Origin: Saccostrea cucullata
Lineage: Eukaryota
DNA: 64,000 bases
NCBI RefSeq assembly: GCF_032062105.1
Contig: NW_026932625.1
Location: 62,001 to 126,000 of the forward strand
Reading direction: 5' to 3'
Shown one piece after another: positions 51,301 through 62,363 of the stretch. The notes beneath the pieces were generated by a model. It worked only from the letters and a program-made list of their open reading frames with translations, made no database searches and had not been told where the DNA came from. A program made the position numbers and the translations under genes. Numbering within the stretch: position 1 is the stretch's first letter; every line of letters begins with the position of its first letter.

Positions 51301-54300
51301 TCATCAAGTGTAAAGTCTCGTCCATCAAGTGTAAAGTCTGGTTCATCGACTGAAAGTCTGATTCAACAAGTGTAATATCTGATTCAACAAGTGTCAAGTC
51401 TGGTTCATCAAGTGTAAAATCTGATTCATCAAGTGTACAGACTGATTCATTCTAAATGGCTAATAATGACTCAATGGAACAGATTGCATGTTATATATAG
51501 TTAATAATGTTTAAGAAATTTACCTGTTTCTTGATTTTAAAGGTGGCAACACTTCTTTGAATGGAGAAACCTACAGCAAACAACTAGCTGCAGATCTGTA
51601 GCTCTCCGAAAAAAATATTTTGATAGACCGGAGAGCTACAGTGCCACCCATTGAAAAAACTGTATATTTATTGCGCACAAAAAAGTGCGCTCGGTTCTCG
51701 ATTTATTTCTCCATGTTTTTAAAAATGTAATCTCAAAATATTACTAACCGTGTGTTCCTAACATATTCTTTCGCTGTTTCCACAACCAAACATTTCTCAT
51801 AATTGTTGTTAATAGTCCTCCTGACCCTGATATTGTAATCATCGAACATTTCGCTTATTTATACTGCCATTTTGGTTTCAAAGATAATTCGGTCCAATAT
51901 GCTTCGTTCGGATGTCAACTACGAGAGTACTTGATAGAAGATAAAGGAATTTTTTGAAATCTTTCCTTATTTGCAATTGAGGTAAGAATTTGAAAGAATT
52001 AATCAATAACTGAGCGCACTTTTTTGTGCGCAATAAATGTACAGTTTTTTCAATGGGTGGCACTGTAGCTCTCCGGTCTATCAAAATATTTTTTTCGGAG
52101 AGCTACAGATCTGCAGCTAGCAAACAACAAGATGTTTTATATGGTAGATGAATATTGTATTATATAACAAAGTCTTATCATAAGGTGTTGAATGTTACAT
52201 TTTACTTGTAGATAATCTTTTTTAATGTGAAATATTTTTTAATTAACAATACTTTCATTCCGCATTAAGTTGCATGGAACTTTCATGCTACGACACATGT
52301 ACATTATCCTATTACAATTAATATGATTTACAATTAATGCACTTGGCCTCGAAAAATCTCACCTTTTCCAAATTCATCCTCAACCTACAAGACAAAGGAT
52401 AAGTTTGACAGAATTTGTTAGACATGCTTATTGGGAATGACCTAAATTATGTACATTTAACTGGAAAAAATCATAAAAACTATCAAAATTACATGAAGTA
52501 CTGCAAGAATTAATGCACAGATATAAGCGTGATAAGAAAGATTTATCATACTTACAACATTGCCTTCTGGGTCTGTTGGTGGTAGGCCTAAAAACAAATA
52601 AATGTACATTTAAAAATGGTTTAAATTACATGAAGCTTTAATGGTACAGTAGGAACTATGATTCAATACTCTAAGAACATCAAAAATGTACAATGTTTTA
52701 ACTCAATTTCATACAAAACACTATAACACTGTTAAATTAAGTAATGTAAAGCTACAACAAATGGGCGTTTAAAATTAATTTGTCACTTTTTTCCTCGCAT
52801 GTTCGTTTGCGTTAATTAACGTTGCAACATCACGAACAGCTCTTACGCAGCAGTTATATGTATTACTTAAATCAAACTTGAAGGGCGCTAAATTCACTTT
52901 AAAGATTAACGAAATAAACAATTATGAAGAGGGAAAATTAATGAATGTAAATGTAAGCATTGAATTCATATTTTTGGATGTCGTCGGTCCCATACATGTG
53001 ATTCTTCCGGCGGGAGGCAAAATCTCCCGATTTTTAACCCCTCTTCCGTCCCTCCCGATTAATTTTTAAATCTTCCGTGCTTAAAATAATTCTTCAAATT
53101 AAATATATTTTGCATTACTTTTTATGATGTTTCTTATAATTGCTTAGAATGACAATACATTGAGATAACAACGGCAGTGCAATAAATTTTCACAGCAGTA
53201 GGCTTCGTAGTAATCAACATGAGGTCGTATAATTCGGTTGTAAAAATTAGTGATATATCAACTTGATAAATGACCATCGATGTTTTATTGCTGAATTGCT
53301 GAATGCAGAACATTGTAATTAGTTGCTAAAATACCCAATTGCCATCTTCTAATGCTGCGGTGGTCATTAAAAGATACAGTTATAATATGGGTCACACTTT
53401 TGACTTTAGTTAAAAATAGATCAAACTACAGGGTGTTGCTAAAAAATATACCTGACTCTACATTCACTTTGTTGTATTTTAAGAGAAATTAATTTTATTT
53501 CTTTATATTCTATTTTAAAAAAAATACTTACATAAAATATGCTACATAAGACCTATATACATATGTTTTACTTCAATTACTGCTAAAAAAAATATACTTC
53601 ACTCTACTTTGTTGTATTTTTAGAGACTATTCATATTCTATTTAAAAACAAATTACTGACAAAAAATATGTTACATAAGGTCTATGCATGTTTTACTTCA
53701 CTTACTGGTTGATGTATCAATACCAAATCAAAAATAAAATTTTATTCATTGAATGTTTTAATGATGATCATGTGATGATATTAACTCTTAATTAATTTCA
53801 ATGAATTAATTTAATTCTGATTTAATTTCACTTCTGATCATTTGACTAAAAATTTAAACATATTTTTTTAAAGCTTATAAACCTTTATGAAATAAAAACT
53901 ATTTTAAGTAATAGAGAGGGAGATGGCATTTTCTAAGGAGTTGGATGGTCTTTTGCGATTTGAAAAAAATGTAGATAAAAAATCTCCAGCTTTGAGACCC
54001 AAACTCCAGCTGAAAAATTTCAAATCTCCAGTTGTGATTGTTCAGTTCTGTCACATGCATGCGGTCCCATAACACACCTGGCCGTGCCGACAAATAATCA
54101 AACCGTGCCGGTATTCAATTTATCGGCATGGTCATGTATGTTATAGGACCAACAACATCCAGAAATATGAATTCAAAGCTTAAATAATTATTACACGCCG
54201 GGGGCAAGCCCCTGTTGTTATGTGATTTTTCTCACCTAAAATATATGCACCATAAACACACCCTGCTGAAAAAGAAGCTAGTGTAAACCACATAAAATAT

Positions 54301-54593
54301 TCCCCGTACTTCTTCCATTTGGATTTTTTCTCATCTCCCTTTTCAGAGTTCACGTTTGAGTCTGACGTAACACTGTTGTTATATATAACACTCCTGCTTT
54401 GAAACAACCGATCAGTCGACCTTCGGAAAAACACACAAGCACATAAACCTAGCGGGGGCCGTAATGTTTCTGGTCGATATAAATATCGAAAGTTTGTAAT
54501 AGATCTAGTGTTATCATAAAAATCAAATTTGATGCTTGTTCCCTTATTAAAAAGTATTCGTTTAAATAAACATGTGGACCTGAGAGCTGACAT
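48315..54593 (-). CDS. TIMM50: Mitochondrial import inner membrane translocase subunit TIM50
   Basis: Ten exons: 54593-54236, 52587-52556, 52384-52363, 51570-51524, 50503-50384, 49844-49737, 49609-49511, 49355-49199, 48678-48575, 48401-48315. Arg-rich presequence, TM helix, then [11 protein letters not shown]...[33 protein letters not shown]...LYRDAT...[12 protein letters not shown] (NIF/FCP1-like domain). Confidence 0.95.
49985..50383. repeat. Irregular 65-90-bp tandem repeats containing copies of the TIMM50 exon 5 donor
   Basis: TTTGTTAT(G/A)AGCAGGTGCC...TTACCGTCCACTC recurs. Confidence 0.85.
50504..51450. repeat. ~21-bp-based minisatellite containing copies of the TIMM50 exon 5 acceptor
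   Basis: CAAGTGTAAAGTCTGATTCA units with interspersed ATCTCCTGTTATCAGAAAA blocks. Confidence 0.85.
51585..52119. mobile_element. TAG...CTA MITE with 9-bp TSD, copy 2 (inverted relative to 13781-14311)
   Basis: Same TIRs and internal sequence. TSD GCAAACAAC at 51576-51584 and 52120-52128. Confidence 0.85.
52991..54061. mobile_element. Non-autonomous DNA transposon, CA...TG termini, 6-bp TSD
   Basis: CATACATGTGA / TCACATGCATG. TSD CGGTCC at 52985-52990 and 54062-54067. Confidence 0.7.
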
Positions 54594-55049
54594 TTTTACC
54601 GGAAATAGTATTCAGCATAGTAAAATCTAGAGTCTTACTAGGTAGTTAGTATAATACCGGGAAAGTATTGTAGAACGCGATAAAACTTTTCAAAAATATT
54701 TTTATTTTCCAAGATGTTTCTTATATATTATATCTCACTGTCAGGAACTGAATTTTTGCATGTGAATTTTTTTTTTTAAATTGTGGGACCAGGTGTCATG
54801 AAGGAGTGAGTATCCCCTGCAGATCAGTCAGGCCCCCGTGTGCTCCTTGTCCTGGTCGGGAAATAACAGAAATGGCCTGACCATTCAATGATTATGGAAA
54901 ATATCCGTCAATGTTAGATTGTATTTGCCAAAAAAGTCACTGTATCAACCATAGAAGTAACAAAACGAGGACCACGACTGTTGATATTCTTGTTTCATCA
55001 ACTTGTTTGTCAGTAACCAGAATAACAAGTCATACTGTAGAGCTGGAGG

Positions 55050-58000
55050 GGGAGGGGATGATTACTTAAGGTGGGGAGAAGTTACACCAGTATTGGGTTA
55101 TAGGAAAGTTGTTGGATGATATCAGTACTGGGGGTGTGGGGATGATACCAGAACTGGAGGAAGGGGGCATATTTTATCAGAACTGGGGAAGGGTGTTGGG
55201 TGTGAGGGCATGATTCCTGAGTACTGGGTAATAATACTAGTACTGTATGGGGAAGTTAAGGGGATGATACCAGTTCTGGTGAAGATGAGGCGGTGGTACC
55301 AGTACTGGGAAGGTGAGGGGATTTTACCAGTACTGGGGGAGGTGAAGGGATTATACCAGTACTTTGGAAAGTAAGGGGATGATACCAGTACTGGGGGAAG
55401 GTGAGGGGATGATACCAGTACTGGGGAAAAATGACGGGATGATACCAGTACTGATTGAAGATGAAGGGATGATACCAGTACTGGGAAAAAATGAGGGGAT
55501 GATACCCCAGTACTGGGAGAGGTGAAGGGAGAAAAACCCAACCTGGGGGAAAGGTGAGGGGATGATATCAGTTCTGGAAGATGGTTAGGGGATGATACCA
55601 GTACTGCGGGAAGGTGAGGAGATGGTACCAGTACTGAGAGAGATGATGAGATGAAGCTAGTACTGGGGCAGATGATGAGATGATACTAGTACTTGGAGAG
55701 ATGAAGGGATAATATCAGTACTAGGGGAAAGTGTGGAGATGATAACAGTAATTGGGGAGGTGAAGATGAGGGGATGATACCAGTACTTGGGGAAGGTTAA
55801 GGGATTATACCAGTATTGGGGGAGATGATGAGATGATACTAGTACTGAGGGAGGTGAAGGAATAATACCATTACTGCGGGAAAGTGAGGGGATGATACCG
55901 GTACTGGGTGAAGATGAGGGGATGATACTAGTACTGTGGGAAGGTAAGGAGATGACACCAATACTGAGGGAGATGATGAGATGATACTAGTACTGAGGGA
56001 GGTGAAGGGATAATACCAGTACTGGGAGAAAGTGTGGGGATGATGTCAGTACTGCATGGGGGAGGTGAAGGTGAGGAGATGATACCAGTATTGGGGGAGA
56101 TGATGAGATGATACCAGTACTGAGGGAGGTGACGGGATAATATCAATACTGGGGGAAAGTGTGGGGATAATATCAATACTGGGGAAGGTGAGGGGATGAT
56201 ACCAGCTTTGGGGAAGTTAAGGGGATGATACCAGTGCTGGGGGAAGGTGAGGGGATGATACCAGTGCTGGGGGAAGGTGAGGGGATACCAGTACTCTTGA
56301 AGATGAGATGATGATACCAATACAGAGGAAGGTGAGGGGATGATACCAGTACTGGTGGAGATGAGGGGTTGATACCAGTACTGTGAGATGTGAAGAGATG
56401 GTACTAGTACTAGGGGAGATGATGAGATGATACTAGTACTTTGGGAGGTGAAGGGATAATATCAGTACTGGGGGAAAGTGTGGAGATTACATCAGTCCTG
56501 GGGGAGGAGAAGTTGAGGAGATGATACGAGTACTGGGCGGATGATACCAGTACTGGGGGAAGGTGAAGGGATGATAACAGTACTGGGGGAAGGTGAGGGG
56601 ATGATACCTGTACTGGGGGAGATGAGGGGATGATACCTGTACTGGGGGAGATAAGGGAATGATACCAGAACTTGGGGAAAGTGAGGGGATGATACCAGTA
56701 CTGGAGGAAGGTTAGGGGATGATAGCCGTACTGGAGAAAAATAAGGGGATGGTACCCGTACTAAGGGAAGATGAGGGGATGATACCAGTACTGGGGGGAG
56801 ATGAGGAGATGATACCAATACCTTGGGAAGATGAGGGGATGATGGCCGCACTGGGGAAAAATTAGGGGATGATACCAGTACTGCCAGGAGATGAGAGGAT
56901 GATACCAGTATTTGGGAAAAATTAGGGGATGATACCAGTTCTGGGGAAGATGAGGCGGTGATACCAGTACTTGGGAGGTGAGGGGATGATACCAGTACTG
57001 TAAAAGGTGAGGGGATGAAACAAGTACTGGAGGAAGGTGAGTGAATGTTATCAATACTGGGGAAGGTGAGGGGATGATGCCAGTACTTTGGGAAGGTGAG
57101 GGGATGATATCAGTACTGGGGGAAGGTGAGTAAATGTTATAAATACAGGGGAAGGTGAGGGGATGATACCAGTACTGGGGGACGGCGAGGGGATGATATC
57201 AGTACTGGGGGAAGGTGTGGGGATGATATCAGTACTTGGGGAAGGTGTGGGGATGATTTCTGTACTGAGGGAAGGTGAGGGGATGATACCAGTACTGTAA
57301 AAGGTGAGGGGATGATACAGTACTGGGGGAAGATGAGTGAATGTTATCAATACTGAGGAAAGTGAGGGGATGATGCAAGTACTTTGGGAAGATGAGGGGA
57401 TGATACTAGTACTGGGGGAAGGTGAGGGGATGATACGAGTACTGGGTGAAGGTGAGGGGATGATACCAGTACTTTGGGAAGGTGAGGGGATGATACCAGT
57501 ACTGGGGGAAGGTAAGGGGATGATACTAGTACTGGGGGAAGGTGAGGGGATGATACCAGTACTTGGGGAAGGTGAGGGGATGATACTAGTACTGGGAAAG
57601 GTGAGTGATTGTTATCAATACTGGGGAAGGTGAGGGGATGATGTCAGTACTTTGGGAAGGTGAGGGGATGATACCAGTACTGGGTGAAGGTGAGGGGATG
57701 ATACCAGTACTGGGGGAAGGTGAGGGGATGGTACTAGTACTGGGGGAAGGTGAGGGGATGATACCAGTACTGGAGGAAGGTGAGGGGATGATACGAGTAC
57801 TTGGGGAAGGTGAGGGGATGATACTAGTACTGGGGGAAGGTGAGGGGATGATACCATTACTGGAGGAAGGTGAGGGGATGATACGAGTACTGGGAAAGGT
57901 GAGTGAATGTTATCAATACTGGGGTAGGTGCGGGGATGATGACAGTACTTGGGGAAGGCGAGGGGATGATATGAGTACTGGGGGAAGGTGAGGGGATGAT

Positions 58001-58666
58001 ACCAGTACTGGGGGATGGTTAGGGGATGACATCAGTAATGGGGGAAGGTGAGGGGATGATACTAGTACTGGGAAAGGTGAGTGATTGTTATCAATACTGG
58101 GGAAGGTGAGGGGATGATACTAGTACTGGGAAAGGTGAGTGATTGTTATCAATACTGGGGAAGGTGAGGGGATGATACCAGTACTGGGGGAAGGTGAGAG
58201 GATGATACAAGTACTGGGGAAGGTGAGGGGATGATACTAGTACTGGGGGAAGGTGAGGGGATGATACCAATACTGGGGGAAGGTGAGGGGATGATACTAG
58301 TACTGGAGGAAGGTGAGGGGATGATACGAGTACTGGGAAAGGTGAGTGAATGTTATCAATACTGGGGAAGGTGAGGGGATGATGACAGTACTTGGGGAAG
58401 GTGAGGGGATGATATGAGTACTGGGGGAAGGTGAGGGGATGATACCAGTACTGGGGGATGGTTAGGGGATGACATCAGTAATGGGGGAAGGTGTGGGGAT
58501 GACATCAGTAATGGGGGAAGGTGAGGAGATGATGCCAGTACTGGGGGAAGGTGAGGAGATGATGCCAGTACTAGGGAAGGCGAGTTGATGATACCAGTAC
58601 TGGGGAAGGTGAGGGAATGATACCAGTAGTGGGGTAGTTGAGAGGATGATACCAGTATTAGGGGAT
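55050..58666 (+). repeat. G-rich ~30-bp minisatellite, left block
   Basis: Unit GGGGAAGGTGAGGGGATGATACCAGTACTG, degenerate at the left edge. Confidence 0.95.
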
Positions 58667-60310
58667 GATTGATTGATTATTGTTTTTAACGCCGTAGAAA
58701 TTTAAATATTGTATGAACGGTTTTGAAAGTTTTTGGTTTCTCTCGCGGCCCCCAATGAGCCTACTCTTTTTCGAACTCCAGAGAAACGATCTTTTACGTG
58801 CCACGGAAGTTGTTATCCTAGACACGGGGCACCGTTTAACGTCCCATCCGACGGACTTGGAATTTAAAAATAAGAAACAGTTAAATTCAAATATACAAAG
58901 ATAATAATGCTTATAAAAATATTGACGTTAAAATCTTATTGTAAAAATCTATTTCTTGCAAGTATTGCAAAATTGCACTAGGCGTTACTTTTGTAAAAAG
59001 ATCTTGCATTGTTTTAACACCATTAAAAAGTTTATTTCGAACAGGTGTAAAATCAGAACATTCTAAAAGTATATGATTTAAAGTTATGGCACAGTCACAA
59101 GATATGCATTCAGGTTGATGTTCCCCGCTTAGTAAATCGGAATGGGTAAACCTTGAATGTCCAATTCTTAATCTTGAAAAAAAAAATAACTTCGTCCTGA
59201 CGTTTCAGACCGAAGTCGGATGATTGATTAACTTTGTTTTGTATTGAATACAATTTATGACTATCACAAAAATCCCAAAATATTTGCCAAAGAGAATTTA
59301 CAGAAAGTTTCACAAGGTACTTAAGATCGGTGTAAGGAGTTTTAAAAGTAACAATTTCATATTGAAGAGCAGATTTTGCAGCACTGTCAGCCTTGTTATT
59401 ACCGGGAATACCAATATGACTTGGAATCCAACAAAATTCGACATTTTTACCTTGTTTAGCAAGATGATGTAACTTATTTAATATCCAAAATGTACGGATG
59501 ATCACTGTTCATATTGTGTATGGACTGTAAACATGAAAGCGAATCTGAAAATATTGTGAAAGAGTTTTTATCCGAAGTTTTAATATATTCCAAAGCAAGT
59601 TGTATACTTTAGCTTCAGCCGTAAAAATTGTTGCTTCGTTTGGAAGTCTTACAGAAAAAAACATTTTTATTGACAATTGCAGCGGCCGCAACCCTGCCTT
59701 TATCCTTTGAGCCGTCTGTGTAAATTTCTACTGTTGCAGATTTAGAATCTTTTATTTCGTCTAATTTCTGTTTAAAAACGAGGGGATTTGTCTCTGATTT
59801 CTTAAGTTCGGAAAGGGATTTATTAACTACGGGTTTAATTAATTTCCACGGTGGTATTTCAGATAGAGAAGTTGATTTTACTATATCTAATGGTAGTTCA
59901 GAATCTCTAATATGATTTTTTAATCGCAAACAAATTGGTTTTATGCATTTCTTGTTTTTATCATATAAATGTACATTTTGAGGATGAAATACGCAGTCAT
60001 GAGCAGGATTGTCCGTATTCACTTTTAATTTAATTATGTATTGTAAAGCTAGTTTAATTCTTCTTAAGTCCAGAGGTGGCTCATTTGATTCCACATATAA
60101 ACTATCTTTTGGCGAAGTTCTAAAAGCCCCCAAGCACAATCTAAGACCTCGATGGTGGATTGCGTCAAGAGCCTTTATATAAGAAGTCCTAGCTGATCCA
60201 TACACAATACAACCATAATCTAATTTAGATCTATCAAGAGAGCGATAAAGTTTAAGAAGGGTACTTTTATCAGCTCCCCATTTCGTGTTGGCTATAACTT
60301 TTATAATATC
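58667..60310 (-). mobile_element. 5'-truncated RNase H-bearing LINE (I/Nimb-like) inserted in the minisatellite
   Basis: KWGAD..TLL.LY....RSKLDYG, GAFRTSP, YTDGSK, WIPSHIGIPGN..AD (RNase H), frameshifted. (AATC)n 3' tail at 58667-58679. Confidence 0.85.
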
Positions 60311-61260
60311 TGGGGGAGGTGAGAGGATGATACTAGTACTGGGGAAGGTGAGAGGATGATACCAGTACTGGGGAAGGTGAGGGGATGATACCAGTACTGA
60401 GGGAAGATGAGGGGATGATACCAGTACTGGGGAAGGTGAGGGGATGATACCAGTACTGGGAGGAAGGTGAGGGGATGATACCAGTACTGGGAGGAAGGTG
60501 AGGGGATGATACCAGTACTGGGAGGAAGGTGAGGGGATGATACCAGTACTGGGAGGAAGGTGAGGGGATGATACCAGTACTGGGGAAGTTAAGGGGATGA
60601 TACCAGTGCTGGGGGAAGGTGAGGGGATGATACCATTACTGGGGGAGGTGAGGGGATGATACCAGTACTGGGGGAAAGTGACAGGATATTGGTATAATCC
60701 CCTCACCTTCCCTCAGTATTGGTATCATCCCCTCACCTTCCCTCAGTACTGGTATCATCCCCTCACCTTCCCCCAGTATTGGAATCATCCCCTCACCTTC
60801 CCAAAGTACTGGTATCATTCCCTCACCTTCCCTCAGTACTGGAATCATCCTCTCACCTTCCCTCAGCACTGGTATCATCCCCATACCTTTCCTCAGTAAT
60901 GGTATCATCCCCTCATCTTCCCCAGTACTGTTATCATTCCCTCATTTTCCCCCATTGTTGGTATAATCCCCTCACCTTCCCTCAGTATTGGTATCATCCC
61001 ATCACCTTCCCTCAGTACTGGTATCATCCCCTCACCTTCCTCCAGTACTGGTAACATCCCCTCACCTTCCCCAAATACTGGTATCATTCCCTCACCTTCC
61101 ATCAGTACTGGGGAAGGTGAGGGGATGATACCAGTGCTGGGGGAAGGTGAGGGGATGATACCATTACTTGGTGAGGTGATGATACCAGTACTGAGGGAGG
61201 TGAGGGGATGATATCAGTACTAGAGAAGGTGAGGGGATTATATCAGTACTGGCGGAAGGG
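60311..61260. repeat. G-rich ~30-bp minisatellite, right block, with inverted segment ~60686-61103
   Basis: Units switch to the reverse complement (CAGTACTGGTATCATCCCCTCACCTTCCC) and back. Confidence 0.95.
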
Positions 61261-61600
61261 GAAGGTTTGTTGAATGATAAAGATGTTCAGTTTCATGTTC
61301 TGTATTCACTAAAATATCAATACTGAAGTCATATTGTCCAATAAAATATTTATTTTTTTATACAAATACATGAACATATAAACAATACCAGTAACAAGCA
61401 ATGTTGATCCATTCATAAACATTTTTTCTACAATATAAATGTTTGTATGCAATAAACTCTATGCTTTTATCATTTCTTTTTGTAAATTATACACAACTGG
61501 ATCATATCAGTGAATAAGTTTGAATTCAATGATTTTATCTGATAGAAAACAATTTCTTAAATGAATGTCTGGTTTTGAGAGGAGAATCAACATATGGATT

Positions 61601-62363
61601 AACAAGAGATGTTTGTAAAACACTTATGCCCTCCCTCCCCCACAAATTTGAATTTTTCTAAGTCCAAGGCATAACTCTGTCAAAAATGGTGCGATCATAC
61701 CCAAAACAAAACTTGACCTAGATATTCATCTGACTAATCTGTATACTAAATTCCATTTCAATATGTGCAACCTCTCCAAAGAAAATGAATGGAAACTGCA
61801 AATAATTGGAATTTTTGTAAGTCCAAGGGGCATAATTCTGTCAAAAATAGTGCGATCATACCCAAAACACAACTTGACCTAGATATTCATCTGACTAATC
61901 TGTATATTTAATTCCATTTTAATATGTGCCACCTCTCCAAAGAAAATGAACGGAAACTGCAAATAATTGGAATTTTTGTAAGTCCAAGGGGCATAACTCT
62001 GTCAAAAATGGTGCGATCGTACCCAAAACTTAACTTGAACTAGATATTCATCTGATATACTTGTATACCAAATTTCATTTCAGTATGTGCAACAGTTGTA
62101 AAGAAAATAAACGGAGACTGCAAATAATTGGAATTTTTCTAAGTCCAAGGGGCATAACTCTGTCAATTATAGTGCGATCTTACCCAAAACAGAACTTGAC
62201 CTAGATATTCATTTGATATACCTGTATACCAAATTTCATTTCAGTATGTGCAACAGTTGTGAAGAAAATGAATGGAAACTAAATGGACCGACAGACCGAC
62301 ATACCGACCGACCGACAGACAGCAGCAAAGCAATATGCCCTCCCCTCTTCGAAGGGGGGCATA
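61601..62363 (+). mobile_element. HINE-type element with ~167-bp units (uninterrupted relative of 17669-20363)
   Basis: AACAAGAGATGTTTG start, four units of AGTCCAAGGGGCATAACTCTGTC, (CCGA)n, terminal ATGCCC...GGGCAT hairpin. Confidence 0.85.

Noticed and set aside
59615-60706. 363-aa ORF fusing a Pro/Ser-rich repeat to RT-thumb/RNase H sequence
   Set aside because: The N-terminal third is translated minisatellite that happens to lack stops, joined to a truncated, frameshifted LINE. Non-ATG start; not a credible gene.
55122-61102. Many ORFs with VLVSSPHLP / GEGEGMIPVL / YWYHPLTFP repeats
   Set aside because: Six-frame read-through of a 30-bp minisatellite.
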